DNA of 64,000 nucleotides from an uncultured archaeon (GTDB lineage: Archaea; Iainarchaeota; Iainarchaeia; Iainarchaeales; 1-14-0-10-31-34): the NCBI GenBank assembly GCA_964442255.1, contig CAYTYC010000003.1, positions 7,423 through 71,422 of the forward strand. Direction: 5' to 3'. The notes under the pieces are model-generated. The model ran no database searches. It was not told the DNA's origin and saw only the letters and a program-made list of their open reading frames with translations. The position numbers and the translations under genes were made by a program. Numbering within the stretch: position 1 is the first letter of the stretch; each line of letters starts with the position of its first letter. Shown in pieces: positions 1 through 9,512 of the stretch.

Positions 1-12
1 ACCGATTCCCTT

Positions 13-201
13 GTGCGGGGAATAATCAAAAACAAAACAGCCCATGTGGCGCAGTTTGCGCTGGGTTTGGCGCTGATTGCATTCGGGCTAATTCTGCTGG
101 CTGAAATAAAGGCGTGGAGCCGGTTAGCGGGAAGCGTGCTTTTTCTGGCGGGAATTGGCTTGGCCTATTATTCCTTCAGTTTTGGGGCGAAAAGGAAATG
201 A
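13..201 (+). CDS. small membrane protein, possibly 5'-partial
   Basis: Two hydrophobic segments; stop overlaps the next start (ATGA). Confidence 0.5.
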   Translation: MRGIIKNKTAHVAQFALGLALIAFGLILLAEIKAWSRLAGSVLFLAGIGLAYYSFSFGAKRK

Positions 202-632
202 AAATGAGGAAATCCGTGCAGGCGGTTGTTTTGGCCGGAAAAGGCGGGGCGCTGCTGACCTTCAAAAAACACCCGCACAAGAGTTTCTGGGAACTCCCGG
301 GAGGGGGGGTAAAGGAAGGGGAAAAAGAAAGTGACGCGATTTTAAGGGAATTGGGGGAAGAACTGGGAACCCGCAGCTTCCGGATTTTAAAAGAACTGGA
401 TTTGGTGCACGAATACGAGTGGCCCGAAGGGGTGAAAAGGCTGCGGGGTTTTGACGGGCAAAAGAAAAAAATGTTTATAGTGGAGTTTTACGGGAAAAAA
501 GAAGAAATCAAAATTGACAAAAGAGAGCTGGACGGCTACGGAATTTTTGGGTTTAAAGAGGCAAAGGAAAAACTGGATTTTGAGTCGGCAAAAAAGGTTT
601 TTGAAGCAGCCTTGAAAGAGCTGGGTTCTTAG
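198..632 (+). CDS. Nudix hydrolase
   Basis: Nudix box GGGVKEGEKESDAILRELGEELG; ATG at 198. Confidence 0.9.
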   Translation: MKMRKSVQAVVLAGKGGALLTFKKHPHKSFWELPGGGVKEGEKESDAILRELGEELGTRSFRILKELDLVHEYEWPEGVKRLRGFDGQKKKMFIVEFYGKKEEIKIDKRELDGYGIFGFKEAKEKLDFESAKKVFEAALKELGS

Positions 633-780
633 GTTTTAGGCTAAGGATTTGGCAAGGGATTTAAAAAGCAGGCAACAGGCTTTCTTTATGGAAAAGAAAT
701 GGTTGGCGCTGGTTTTGCTTTTTGGGGTTACTGCAATAGTTTTTTTCTTTGGTTACCTTTTCTATGCGCCGGAAAGCGCT

Positions 781-1383
781 TCAGCGGAGGGAATAGCGTC
801 CGCCTTCAAGGCAGTTTAAATCCATTTTCTTCAGGGCTTCACTTGAAAGGTGTCTTGGTTTGGGAAAAACCTTTCCTGTCTTCAAATCGTAAAACCATGC
901 GAAAACTTTTGCATTGCTTTCCTTTACCAAAAGGATTTCAAGAAGCTTTTTGCATTGAAGAAGCGCGTTTGCTTCGGAAACAGCGTCAAGGTTTTCCCCT
1001 CCTGCAACTTCTTTTGCGTTAATTGATTGTTTCAGCCATTCCTGAAGGCCGGATTCAAGTTCTTCAAGAGCAGTTAATCCTTTTATCCCGCCGCAGGAGT
1101 AGTGGCCGAGGACAAGAATGTTTTTTATTTTCAAGTGCTTTAACGCATACCCCAGGAAAGATTTGGCGGAAGGGCTTTCAGGGGAAAAAATGTTCGCAAT
1201 GTTTCGGTGCACAAACAGTTCGCCGGGCGGAGAGGAAAAAATTTTTTCCGGAATTACCCTTGAATCAGAGCAGCTGAAAACCGCTGCTTTTGGATTCTGG
1301 GAAAAGGAAAGCTTTTCAAAGAGTTCCCTGTTCCGGGAAACGTGTTCCCTCCATTCATGGTTTCCTTTAAGCAGTTCATCCAT
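781..1383 (-). CDS. beta-class carbonic anhydrase
   Basis: CSDSR, HRNIAN and GHYSCGG zinc-ligand motifs. Confidence 0.92.
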   Translation of the reverse strand: MDELLKGNHEWREHVSRNRELFEKLSFSQNPKAAVFSCSDSRVIPEKIFSSPPGELFVHRNIANIFSPESPSAKSFLGYALKHLKIKNILVLGHYSCGGIKGLTALEELESGLQEWLKQSINAKEVAGGENLDAVSEANALLQCKKLLEILLVKESNAKVFAWFYDLKTGKVFPKPRHLSSEALKKMDLNCLEGGRYSLR

Positions 1384-1403
1384 TTTTTTCTTCCCCAAAA
1401 AAA

Positions 1404-2501
1404 TCAGCCCCTTCTTACGGTGAATTTCTTGTCCAGCCCGGAGAGCTTTTTCCTTATTCCGCCGTATTCAAGCTCGTTCATTCCAAGCATTGCGTTCCCG
1501 AAGAATCCCTGCCTTCGGATATGCAACGCCTTTTCTGAAGCCGTGTTCCGGACATGACCCCAAAAATGGTGGTCAAATAAATCCACAGGCGCGGTGAGCT
1601 TTCCTTTCTGAACGCAGAAACCCAAAGCAGACACAATCGGGGGGCCGTCAAAAAAGGAAATTGTGGAATGCATTCTCACAGGCATCAGGGGCCCGGTGTG
1701 CGAGCCGCGCATAAAGCCGGCGACATAATGGCAGATTGAATAGGGTGAAAGCAGTTCGCCTGTTGCCGGAAACTCGTTCTGGGTTCTTGCAAGGCACACG
1801 GGATCGTCTTTTCCTGTGTAAGTTCCTGCAATATTGTGGAGGCGTGTTGTGGAAACCGCGGCTGCCTGCTGTCCGGTGTTCCGGGAATGGATTGACTCTA
1901 CCACGTATCTGTCGGTTTCGCGGAGAAGGCAGGCAACGTCATACAATTCCTCCGGCGTTTTTAATTCAATTACCCTGTCGCCTTCGGTGTGGCAGACATC
2001 CATAATTTGGTAAGTGAAGCCTTTGTCCATTTTTGGGCTTAACATTAAGCCAGAGTTGTGCATTGGGTCGGAGAAGCCGAGGTAAAGGGGAAGATTGTAG
2101 CATCCCGGGTCGGTTTTGTCTGCCGCAAAAACAACAAAAGGTTCATTGGGGCGCTCCCCGAATTCCAGTTCGGCTGCGGCAGGGCCCATTCCCTTCACAT
2201 TGCCTGAAAAGGAGTCCTTGAGGAGGTCCTGGCCCGCGCCATACAATCCCTGGGATTTCGCGACATCGGTTCCCGCAAGGAACGCTTCCCATGCAATTTT
2301 GTGCACTTCCTCCGAGTCCTTTCCTTTCGTGTGCGTCATCAGGATTTCAATGTCGTCCCCTGTGTGGAAAACGAAAGAGTCAATTAGCTGGCTTTGGTTT
2401 GAAACATGTTTTTTGACTGCTTCAATCACTTCATCGCTGGGCTTTATGTGCCCGCCGATTGAGCCAACATCTGCCTTGATTAGGCTTAAGGTAACCTTCA
2501 A
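1404..2501 (-). CDS. fbp: fructose-1,6-bisphosphate aldolase/phosphatase (FBPase class V)
   Basis: IKADVGSIGGH, YGAGQDLL, YTGKDDP and GFMRGSH motifs; TTG start. Confidence 0.95.
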   Translation of the reverse strand: MKVTLSLIKADVGSIGGHIKPSDEVIEAVKKHVSNQSQLIDSFVFHTGDDIEILMTHTKGKDSEEVHKIAWEAFLAGTDVAKSQGLYGAGQDLLKDSFSGNVKGMGPAAAELEFGERPNEPFVVFAADKTDPGCYNLPLYLGFSDPMHNSGLMLSPKMDKGFTYQIMDVCHTEGDRVIELKTPEELYDVACLLRETDRYVVESIHSRNTGQQAAAVSTTRLHNIAGTYTGKDDPVCLARTQNEFPATGELLSPYSICHYVAGFMRGSHTGPLMPVRMHSTISFFDGPPIVSALGFCVQKGKLTAPVDLFDHHFWGHVRNTASEKALHIRRQGFFGNAMLGMNELEYGGIRKKLSGLDKKFTVRRG

Positions 2502-2894
2502 GTCAAACCACCGTTAAAAGCTAGGTGGAGAAAGGTTAAAAGGTTTTTGAGGCGCCTCAAGAATGCCCGCGAATTCTTCAATGAGAGTCAAGAATTAACA
2601 GGGATATCCTCACGGGGGGTTTTAAACTATGGCGGTTTAAAAATTCGCCGAATTTTTGTTCCCGTAAACGGCTTGACGGAAACGATTCATCCGCACATTG
2701 AAACAGGCGGGATTCCCGGAAGGGTTTATGGCGACGCTTGAGCCAAAGGACAGGGGGCTTTCAAAAGGCACAGGCGGATTACAAAAGAAAACTGGAGAGA
2801 CGGGTTAAAATGAATAAAAGGCAAATAATTCCCCAAAAAATGGGGCCGTATTTGCAGTGGGTTTTAAATTATTTAAAGACTAAAATTTACTGCA

Positions 2895-3434
2895 ATGGCT
2901 GCACCGGCAAGAGCAAGGAAACCGAAGATTCTGCGGAATTTGGGCTCGCCCGTGGACCCTGAAGCGGCAAGGCGAAGAGAAGCCAGGGTCAATTCAGGGA
3001 AACCCCCAAGAAATGCTAAAATTAGGGAACCACAAAGAAAACAATTAAAAGTCGGCGGAAGGAAAAGGAACCAAAGGGGCGGAAAAAAAGTTCCTTTGCT
3101 GAGGAACAGGCGGCGGCCGACAAAACAGAGTTACTCAAATTTTTTGGTGAAAGCCGCAAAAGTGAAGGCATATTTTTTGAGGGGGATGGAGAAACGCCAA
3201 CTGATTATATTCTTCAGCGATGCTGTTTTATGCGAGGAGCTCACTAAAGCCTCAATGAGACGGAGCGGGCTTTACAGTGAAAAAGAAATAAAAGAAAGAA
3301 AAAACCTTACGGGGAAAAAAACAGGGTGGCCCTCTGAAGTTATCGGAGAAATTCTCAGGGAACGGGGGCTTGACATCAAAAAAATAAGCGCAAAGGCAGA
3401 GGTCCTGGCGGAAAAAGCCCTCCACGAATGGTAA
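2895..3434 (+). CDS. hypothetical basic protein
   Basis: 179-aa ORF, K/R-rich N-terminus, TTTAAA upstream. Confidence 0.55.
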   Translation: MAAPARARKPKILRNLGSPVDPEAARRREARVNSGKPPRNAKIREPQRKQLKVGGRKRNQRGGKKVPLLRNRRRPTKQSYSNFLVKAAKVKAYFLRGMEKRQLIIFFSDAVLCEELTKASMRRSGLYSEKEIKERKNLTGKKTGWPSEVIGEILRERGLDIKKISAKAEVLAEKALHEW

Positions 3435-3532
3435 CTTCTACATAACTGGTTTGTGTTTTGCGTTTTTTGGGCGAATTTTCCCGCGCCCCGGGAATGAAAG
3501 AATTAAAAAGGATGTTTTTGTTTTAATTTTCT

Positions 3533-3727
3533 ATGCAGGAAAAAAAAATTAAGTTCTGCAAAAAGTGTTTTTCCGGGGATGTTGAATGGATGGGGGAAGA
3601 CGGGCTGGACATTGGGTTGATGCCCTACAAATGCGGAAAATGCGGGCACATTGGTGCGACCGGAAAAGCAACGGAAAAAAAATTAAGGGAATTGAAAAGA
3701 AAAGGAAAGGTGAAAAAAAATGATTAA
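3533..3727 (+). CDS. small zinc-ribbon protein
   Basis: CKKC...CGKCGH; overlaps the next gene. Confidence 0.7.
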   Translation: MQEKKIKFCKKCFSGDVEWMGEDGLDIGLMPYKCGKCGHIGATGKATEKKLRELKRKGKVKKND

Positions 3728-4385
3728 GGTTGTTTTATTTGACTTGGACAATACTTTGATTGACTTCATGAAAATGAAGAAAATGAGCGCCTCCGCCGCA
3801 CTCAGTGCGATGATCGATTCCGGGCTGAACATGGATTACGGGAAAGCGGAAAAAATTTTGTTCAAATTGTATGACAAGCATGGAATAGAGTACCAGCACA
3901 TTTTCCAGGAATTTTTGAAGAAAACCTCGGGAAAAGTGGATTACAAGGTTTTAAGCAACGCGATTACGGCTTACAGGCGCGTTCAAATGGGTTTTTTGAG
4001 CCCCTACCCCCACGTGCGGAGCACGCTAATTAAATTAAGGGAAAAAGGAATCAAATTAGGGATTGTTTCCGATGCACCGAAACTGAAGGCATGGCTCAGG
4101 CTGAGTGAAATGAATTTAACGGAATTCTTTGACATTGTTGTCACGTTTGATGACACCGGGAAAAAAAAGCCGCATCACCTCCCTTACAAAGCGGCGTTAA
4201 GGAAATTCAGGGTGAAGCCGGAGGAAGTGCTGTTTGTGGGCGACTGGCCGGAAAGAGACATCAAGGGCGCGCAAAAGGCGGGAATGAAAACAGCCTTGGC
4301 TGAATATGGGACACTTTTCCCGAAAGGCAAAATCAAGCCGGATTTTGAGTTAAAGGAATTCAGGCAGCTGCTTGAACTGGTTTGA
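3720..4385 (+). CDS. HAD-superfamily hydrolase (subfamily IA)
   Basis: FDLDNTL, KKKPH and VGDWPERDI motifs. Confidence 0.92.
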   Translation: MIKVVLFDLDNTLIDFMKMKKMSASAALSAMIDSGLNMDYGKAEKILFKLYDKHGIEYQHIFQEFLKKTSGKVDYKVLSNAITAYRRVQMGFLSPYPHVRSTLIKLREKGIKLGIVSDAPKLKAWLRLSEMNLTEFFDIVVTFDDTGKKKPHHLPYKAALRKFRVKPEEVLFVGDWPERDIKGAQKAGMKTALAEYGTLFPKGKIKPDFELKEFRQLLELV

Positions 4386-4913
4386 ATGAAAGGCGCAAGA
4401 AAAATCAAGGGCTTTGTGAGAAGGGCGCGGGCAAAAATTGAAAGGCCTGAAGCCGCTTTAAGGGGGTTTAAGAGAACCTCCAATTCCCTTCAGCAGATTC
4501 CCTCAAGCACAATTCAGAGGCTAAAGAGCCTGGGCATTAAATTTGAAATTAAAACCACGCAGTCGGAAGACAAAAGGCATTTATTTCTTGAAATCCGCAG
4601 GGCCAAGCTTGCCCCTGAAATCAGCGAAGAACGAGCAAAAAAAGAGATTGGAGTGGCCCGAAAAAGGCAGAAACAGTTTTCAAAGGCGCTTGCCCGCCGC
4701 AACGAAATCAGGGAAATGGCGCGGGAAGCCGCAGCCAGGGGCTCCAAAAAATGGGTTGCAGTTGAAGCGGAAATCGAAGAAAGGGGCCCGCCTGCATTCA
4801 CAAACTTTGGGGAACTTGCAGAGCTCTTAGAGCGCGCCCTGATGGAGAAAAAGCAAAAAAAAGGACTGGGCACAGGGGCAAGCCCGCAAATAACGCCCCA
4901 AAAAAACACTTGA
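4386..4913 (+). CDS. hypothetical basic protein
   Basis: 175-aa ORF starting directly after the HAD gene stop. Confidence 0.55.
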   Translation: MKGARKIKGFVRRARAKIERPEAALRGFKRTSNSLQQIPSSTIQRLKSLGIKFEIKTTQSEDKRHLFLEIRRAKLAPEISEERAKKEIGVARKRQKQFSKALARRNEIREMAREAAARGSKKWVAVEAEIEERGPPAFTNFGELAELLERALMEKKQKKGLGTGASPQITPQKNT

Positions 4914-4969
4914 ACCTGTTCTTTGCCCTAAAATTCCCCTTAAAACGGTTTCTTTGCACCTATTTTTGT

Positions 4970-5740
4970 ATGCTTTTGATTGGAACATCCGGATACAGCT
5001 ACAACGACTGGGTGGGAAGGTTTTACCCCACGGACATAAGGAAAAACGCGATGTTCGATTACTACAGCAAACACTTTGACGTGGTTGAGCTGAATTTCTC
5101 CTATTTTCGGGTTCCCTCGCCTTACCAGTATTTGGGTGTTTTAAGGAAAGCCGGAAACACTGAATTTGTTGTTAAAGCGCATAAAAGCATGACCCATGAA
5201 AGGAAACGGGATCCAAGAATTTTCGATGAATTCAATATGAGTCTGACTCCGTTAAAGCAGAAAGACAAACTGTTGTGTGTTTTGGCACAGTTTCCTTCAT
5301 CCTTCCATTACTCGGAGGAAGGAATGAATTACTTAGAGTATTTGGTTAAAAAGCTGGAGTCGCCGATTGCAATGGAATTCAGGAACAAGGACTGGAACAG
5401 GAAAAATGTTTACGATTTTTTAAGTAAAAACAATGTAAGCTACTGCACGGTTGATTCGCCGAATATCGGTGACCTGATGCCGACGGTAGCCAAAGCAACA
5501 AGCGACTTGGGTTATGTGAGGCTGCATGGAAGGAACGGGGAAAAATGGTTTAACGCAAGGCAGGGATTTGAAAGATACGATTACTCCTATAACGAAAAGG
5601 AATTAAGGGAATTAATCCCGAAAATAAGGAAAATCGAGAAAAAAACCGAGAAAACCCTTGTATTGTTCAACAACCATTTCCAGGCAAAGGCCGCGCAAAA
5701 CGCGAAACAATTCAAGGAAATGGTTAAAGAAAAAAAATAG
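4970..5740 (+). CDS. DUF72/YecE family protein
   Basis: IGTSGYSYNDW, VELNFSY, QFPSSF, YVRLHGRN, YDYSY and FNNH motifs. Confidence 0.92.
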   Translation: MLLIGTSGYSYNDWVGRFYPTDIRKNAMFDYYSKHFDVVELNFSYFRVPSPYQYLGVLRKAGNTEFVVKAHKSMTHERKRDPRIFDEFNMSLTPLKQKDKLLCVLAQFPSSFHYSEEGMNYLEYLVKKLESPIAMEFRNKDWNRKNVYDFLSKNNVSYCTVDSPNIGDLMPTVAKATSDLGYVRLHGRNGEKWFNARQGFERYDYSYNEKELRELIPKIRKIEKKTEKTLVLFNNHFQAKAAQNAKQFKEMVKEKK

Positions 5741-5955
5741 CCCATGGTTTCCCCGCGGAAACCGAATTGGTTTGTGAAAAAGGAGACAATTAAAATAAGC
5801 AGGAAAATGCCTGGGGAAAACCATTTGGCGACCAAAATGGCTAAAAGCCTGCATGAATTCCTTCCCTTCCTGGTTTACGGAAACAATTTGCTTCCCTTTC
5901 ACGGGGAAATCGGGCTGGTTTCAGGGTTTGATAAAGGAAACTTAAGGCATGTAAG

Positions 5956-6760
5956 TTAAATTGATTCCCCTTTTCTGATTCTGTCAACAGTGCCTTTAAA
6001 ATCCTTCTCCAAAGCCCGGCCCAGCTTTTCAGGATCACGCATGGCATTCAAAGCCCGGCCCAGCTTTTCAGGACGCACCATGACATTCAAAGCCCGGCCC
6101 AGCTTTTCAGGACGCACCATGGCATTCAAAGCCCGGCCCAGCTTTTCAGGATGCACCATGACATCCAAAACCAAACCCAGCTTTTCAGGACGCACCATGA
6201 CATCCAAAACCAAACCCAGCTTTTCAGGATCACGCATGGCATTCAAAGCCAAACCCAGGCTTCCAGGATNNNNNNNNNNNNNNNNNNNNNNNNNNNNNNN
6301 NNNNNNNNNNNNNNNNNNNNNNNNNNNNNNNNNNNNNNNNNNNNNNNNNNNNNNNNNNNNNNNNNNNNNCATTCAAAGCCCGGCCCAGCTTTTCAGGACG
6401 CACCATGACATTCAAAGCCCGGCCCAGCTTTTCAGGATCACGCATGGCATTCAATACTGTGCCAGTCTTTTTGTCGCCAGTTGCTTCAAGGAACTTCAGA
6501 AAGGCGCTGCCAACACGCTTTTGTTTTACAACTTTTTCCACTTGCTGCAACATTCCTTTTTCCGAGAGAAGCCTTTGCATGGGCTGACCCAAATCCTTTT
6601 TTTCTGCTAAATAAACCAGTGCTCGCACTCGCGGTGGAAGCTCTGTCCGGTCATAAGCTTTAGTCCGATTCGCCAAGCGCCGTTTACTCTCTTGCTGTAA
6701 TCTCTCCGCTACCCTCTTAAACCCTCTTTTGGAAGGTTTTTGGCGTTTTGCAGGCGACAT
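5956..6760 (-). CDS. hypothetical protein with 13-aa tandem repeats, spanning an assembly gap
   Basis: ORF segments on both sides of the N-gap carry L(N/D)(A/V)M(RD/VR/VH)PEKLG(RA/LV) repeats. Confidence 0.7.
6011..6452. repeat. 39-nt coding tandem repeat
   Basis: Repeated aaagcccggcccagcttttcaggacgcaccatgacattc and variants. Confidence 0.9.
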
Positions 6761-6819
6761 TCAAACCAAAAGACAATTGCCGGAAAAAGCATAAAAACCT
6801 TTTGCCTTAAAAAAAGCAG

Positions 6820-7782
6820 CGCATTATCCCGAATTAATGTCTTTCGTGAAAATAGGCTTTTCTGGCCTATTGAAGTCACAAAGAAGCTGAACCAGAAGAA
6901 GATGCAATGGATCGTGAAAGAAGCCAAAATAAGGGAATTAAGTACGGGGCAGATAGCAAAGCCGCAGGGCATAACAGCAAGGCATGCAAGGCGTGTCTTT
7001 GCAAAATACCGGATGAAAAAAAGCCAAGGCTGCTGCGCTGCGGAAGAAAGCCAAAGCCAATGACGCAGCAGGAGACTGATGCCGTGCCCGGCATCAGAAA
7101 TAAGCATCCCTTTGGAGCGGTAAACCTGCAGCTTATGCTTGCAGAAAAAGATATTCATATTCCGCATAATCACGTCCACAAAATACTGAAGCAGCACTGC
7201 ACTGCAAAAGACGAGCCAAAAAAGCAGAAGCGCAGGAAATGAATAAGGTGTGAGCGCAAGCATTCAAACAGCCTTTGGCACATTGATTACAGCGAGCGTG
7301 ACGGAAAATGTGTTCTAGGGCCCCTGGATGACGCTTCACGCATGATTGCAGGACATGGATTATTTGACAATGCGACAGCCGGGAATGCCGTTGCAGTTCT
7401 GGATGAAGCGGTGAAGCAGCGCGGAACTCCCGGACAGCCCTTATCTGACAATGGATCGCAGTTTGCATCCATCACCAGGAAAGACTGCCCTGACCACAAT
7501 CTTTTCCGGAAAAAGCCTGATGCGCCTGGCATTGGGCACATCAAGGCACGCGTCAACCACCCGCAGACAAACGGCAAACCCGAATGCTGGTTTCTCACAA
7601 TGAAAAGACTCGTTGATCACTTCGGCGACCTGCAGCAGGCAGTAGATTATTGCAACAACAGGCGCCCCCACATGAGCCTCAACAACGGCTCATTATGCAC
7701 GCCTGCACAGGCTTTTTCAGAAAAACTTAAAGGGTGAATTGCACGGAAATAACTAAAGCGGACAATAAATCGGGACAACACA
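6820..7782 (+). mobile_element. degenerate IS481-family insertion sequence (~963 bp)
   Basis: Imperfect terminal inverted repeats: left CGCATTATCCCGAATTAATGTC, right GACAATAAATCGGGACAACACA; encloses an rve-type transposase remnant. Confidence 0.85.
6902..7737 (+). pseudogene. IS481-family transposase pseudogene
   Basis: LWHID, DDASR, SDNGSQF, HPQTNGK and NNRRPH motifs; frameshift at the A-run near 7016-7022 and TGA at 7240-7242 in place of Trp. Confidence 0.88.
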
Positions 7783-7861
7783 GGAACAAAAAAAGAAGAA
7801 AAAAAATAAAAATCAGTTTTTCAGCATCCTCCGCATCCCGGCCCCATGGTTTTTCACCTCC

Positions 7862-8452
7862 TCAGGTCCTGATAACAATATCCGAATACTTTTTTGTTGG
7901 GGCAATGTGCTTTAAATACATTGGCTGGACTGAAGATTTCCACATTTCCTGCACTGTTTCCTTTTTGTAATCCCTTTCCTTTATGTCGCGTTTTATTCTT
8001 CGCTGCAGGCGCTTTTTTTCGCTGCACTCCAAAAAAACCTTTAAGCCATACAGGGGAACAAGTTTTTTGTTCAGCGCATGAATTCCTTCCACGACAAGAA
8101 TTTTTGCGGGCGCAAAGTCCTCTGCGCCAATGCGAGCGCATTTCCTGAAGCTGTAAACCGGCTTCAAAACTTTTTTCCCTTTTTTCAGCGCCCGGAGATG
8201 GAATTTTGCGAGGGAAATGTCCATTATCCCCGGCGCGTCCCAATTGTTGTTTTTCACGAACTTTTTGCCCTTAAAGTAGTCGTCCAATGGAATGGTTTTT
8301 TCGCCAAGTTTTTTTGCAAGAAAAGTTTTTCCCGCACCAGAGCCTCCGTCTATTCCAACCAAAAAAAAGCCCTCCTTTTTTTTGAAGGCTGAAATTCTTT
8401 TCTTCAGCTCCGCAAGCCCCTCTTTTTCGTCGAATGACTTCATCCAAAGCAT
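7862..8452 (-). CDS. udk: uridine kinase family P-loop kinase
   Basis: IDGGSGAGKT, LDDYF, VEGIHAL, RRIKRDIKER and HIAPTKKYSD motifs. Confidence 0.85.
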   Translation of the reverse strand: MLWMKSFDEKEGLAELKKRISAFKKKEGFFLVGIDGGSGAGKTFLAKKLGEKTIPLDDYFKGKKFVKNNNWDAPGIMDISLAKFHLRALKKGKKVLKPVYSFRKCARIGAEDFAPAKILVVEGIHALNKKLVPLYGLKVFLECSEKKRLQRRIKRDIKERDYKKETVQEMWKSSVQPMYLKHIAPTKKYSDIVIRT

Positions 8453-8505
8453 TTAAACTGAAAGGCTATTTAATTAAATTGCTGTAAAAAAAATCTTAGA
8501 TAACC

Positions 8506-9512
8506 ATGAAAAAAGCCAAATTCCGGGGGGAATTCACGAGATCCGGACGTAAAGCATATGAAAGGCCGGGGGTCAGGAAAGCGGAAACGACTTCGCGCTG
8601 GAACCGGGAAGCTGACACCCTTCTTGTCCAAAAAGTCGGGGAACTGCTGAGTCAGGGAAAGCCTACTCCAATGGAAACAAAGGTTTATTTAAGCGGAAAA
8701 CTTTCAAAAAGCATTGCTGCAATTGAAAGAAGGCTGGCTTGTTCAGAAATTGCGGGAGTGTCTTTGAAATGCTTGCGCTGGTGGATAATATTCATCCGGG
8801 GGGCGGAAAAAAAGGGATAACAATCATGAAACTTCAAAACAGGCCTCCACAACAAAGGTCTTTGGCAGCCCCAGGAAAACACTGGACACACGCAATGGGG
8901 TTAAAGCTTGCAAAAACTGTCTGGAACAGGCATTGGAGCAAAGGGAAAAAAACCTCTTCAGAAACAGTCATGGGCCTGGCCAGAACTTTTTCTAAAACTC
9001 CAGGGGCTATTCGCATGCAACTTAGAAAATTCCAGGACTGCGGAAGCTTGGCGGCCATGATTTCAAGGGCGGACAAACTTTATCCAAAAGAAGTTCCCCC
9101 ACGGGCTGCAGGAAAAGGCGCCGAAATAGAAGGCAGGCCCAAGGCAAAAAAACAAAAACAGGTTACCGGCGTGGTGACCGGAAAGGGGCTGGTTGTTAGT
9201 TTCAGGTTTAAAGGCAGTTTGGTGGCAGTTAAAAGGCGCTGGAAAGGCGGGAAAGCATCAAAAATTGAAGTTGATGGAAAACCAATGATAAATGTTGCAT
9301 GGCTGATAAAAGCCGGCGGAAAAAAACAACAAGGACTTGGAAACAAAGTGACCGACGTGATGGCCGCCAACGGAATTCACAGCAAAGCAATTCCTTTTCC
9401 CGGCGAACCCCCTAAAAACGCGAAAAAGTTTGTCGCAGAAGCAGATGCCAAAAAAATTACCCGCATAATAGAAATGCAAAGGGAAAAATATGGTGGAAGG
9501 GGCCGAAAGTGA
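8506..9512 (+). pseudogene. frameshifted gene with two Myb/HTH-like repeats
   Basis: ORFs 8506-8820 and 8739-9512 join into an internally duplicated protein if one base is restored near 8738. Confidence 0.6.

Noticed and set aside
2547..2962. Short ORFs between fbp and 2895
   Set aside because: No motifs, TTG starts without a clear SD; at most a decayed fragment.
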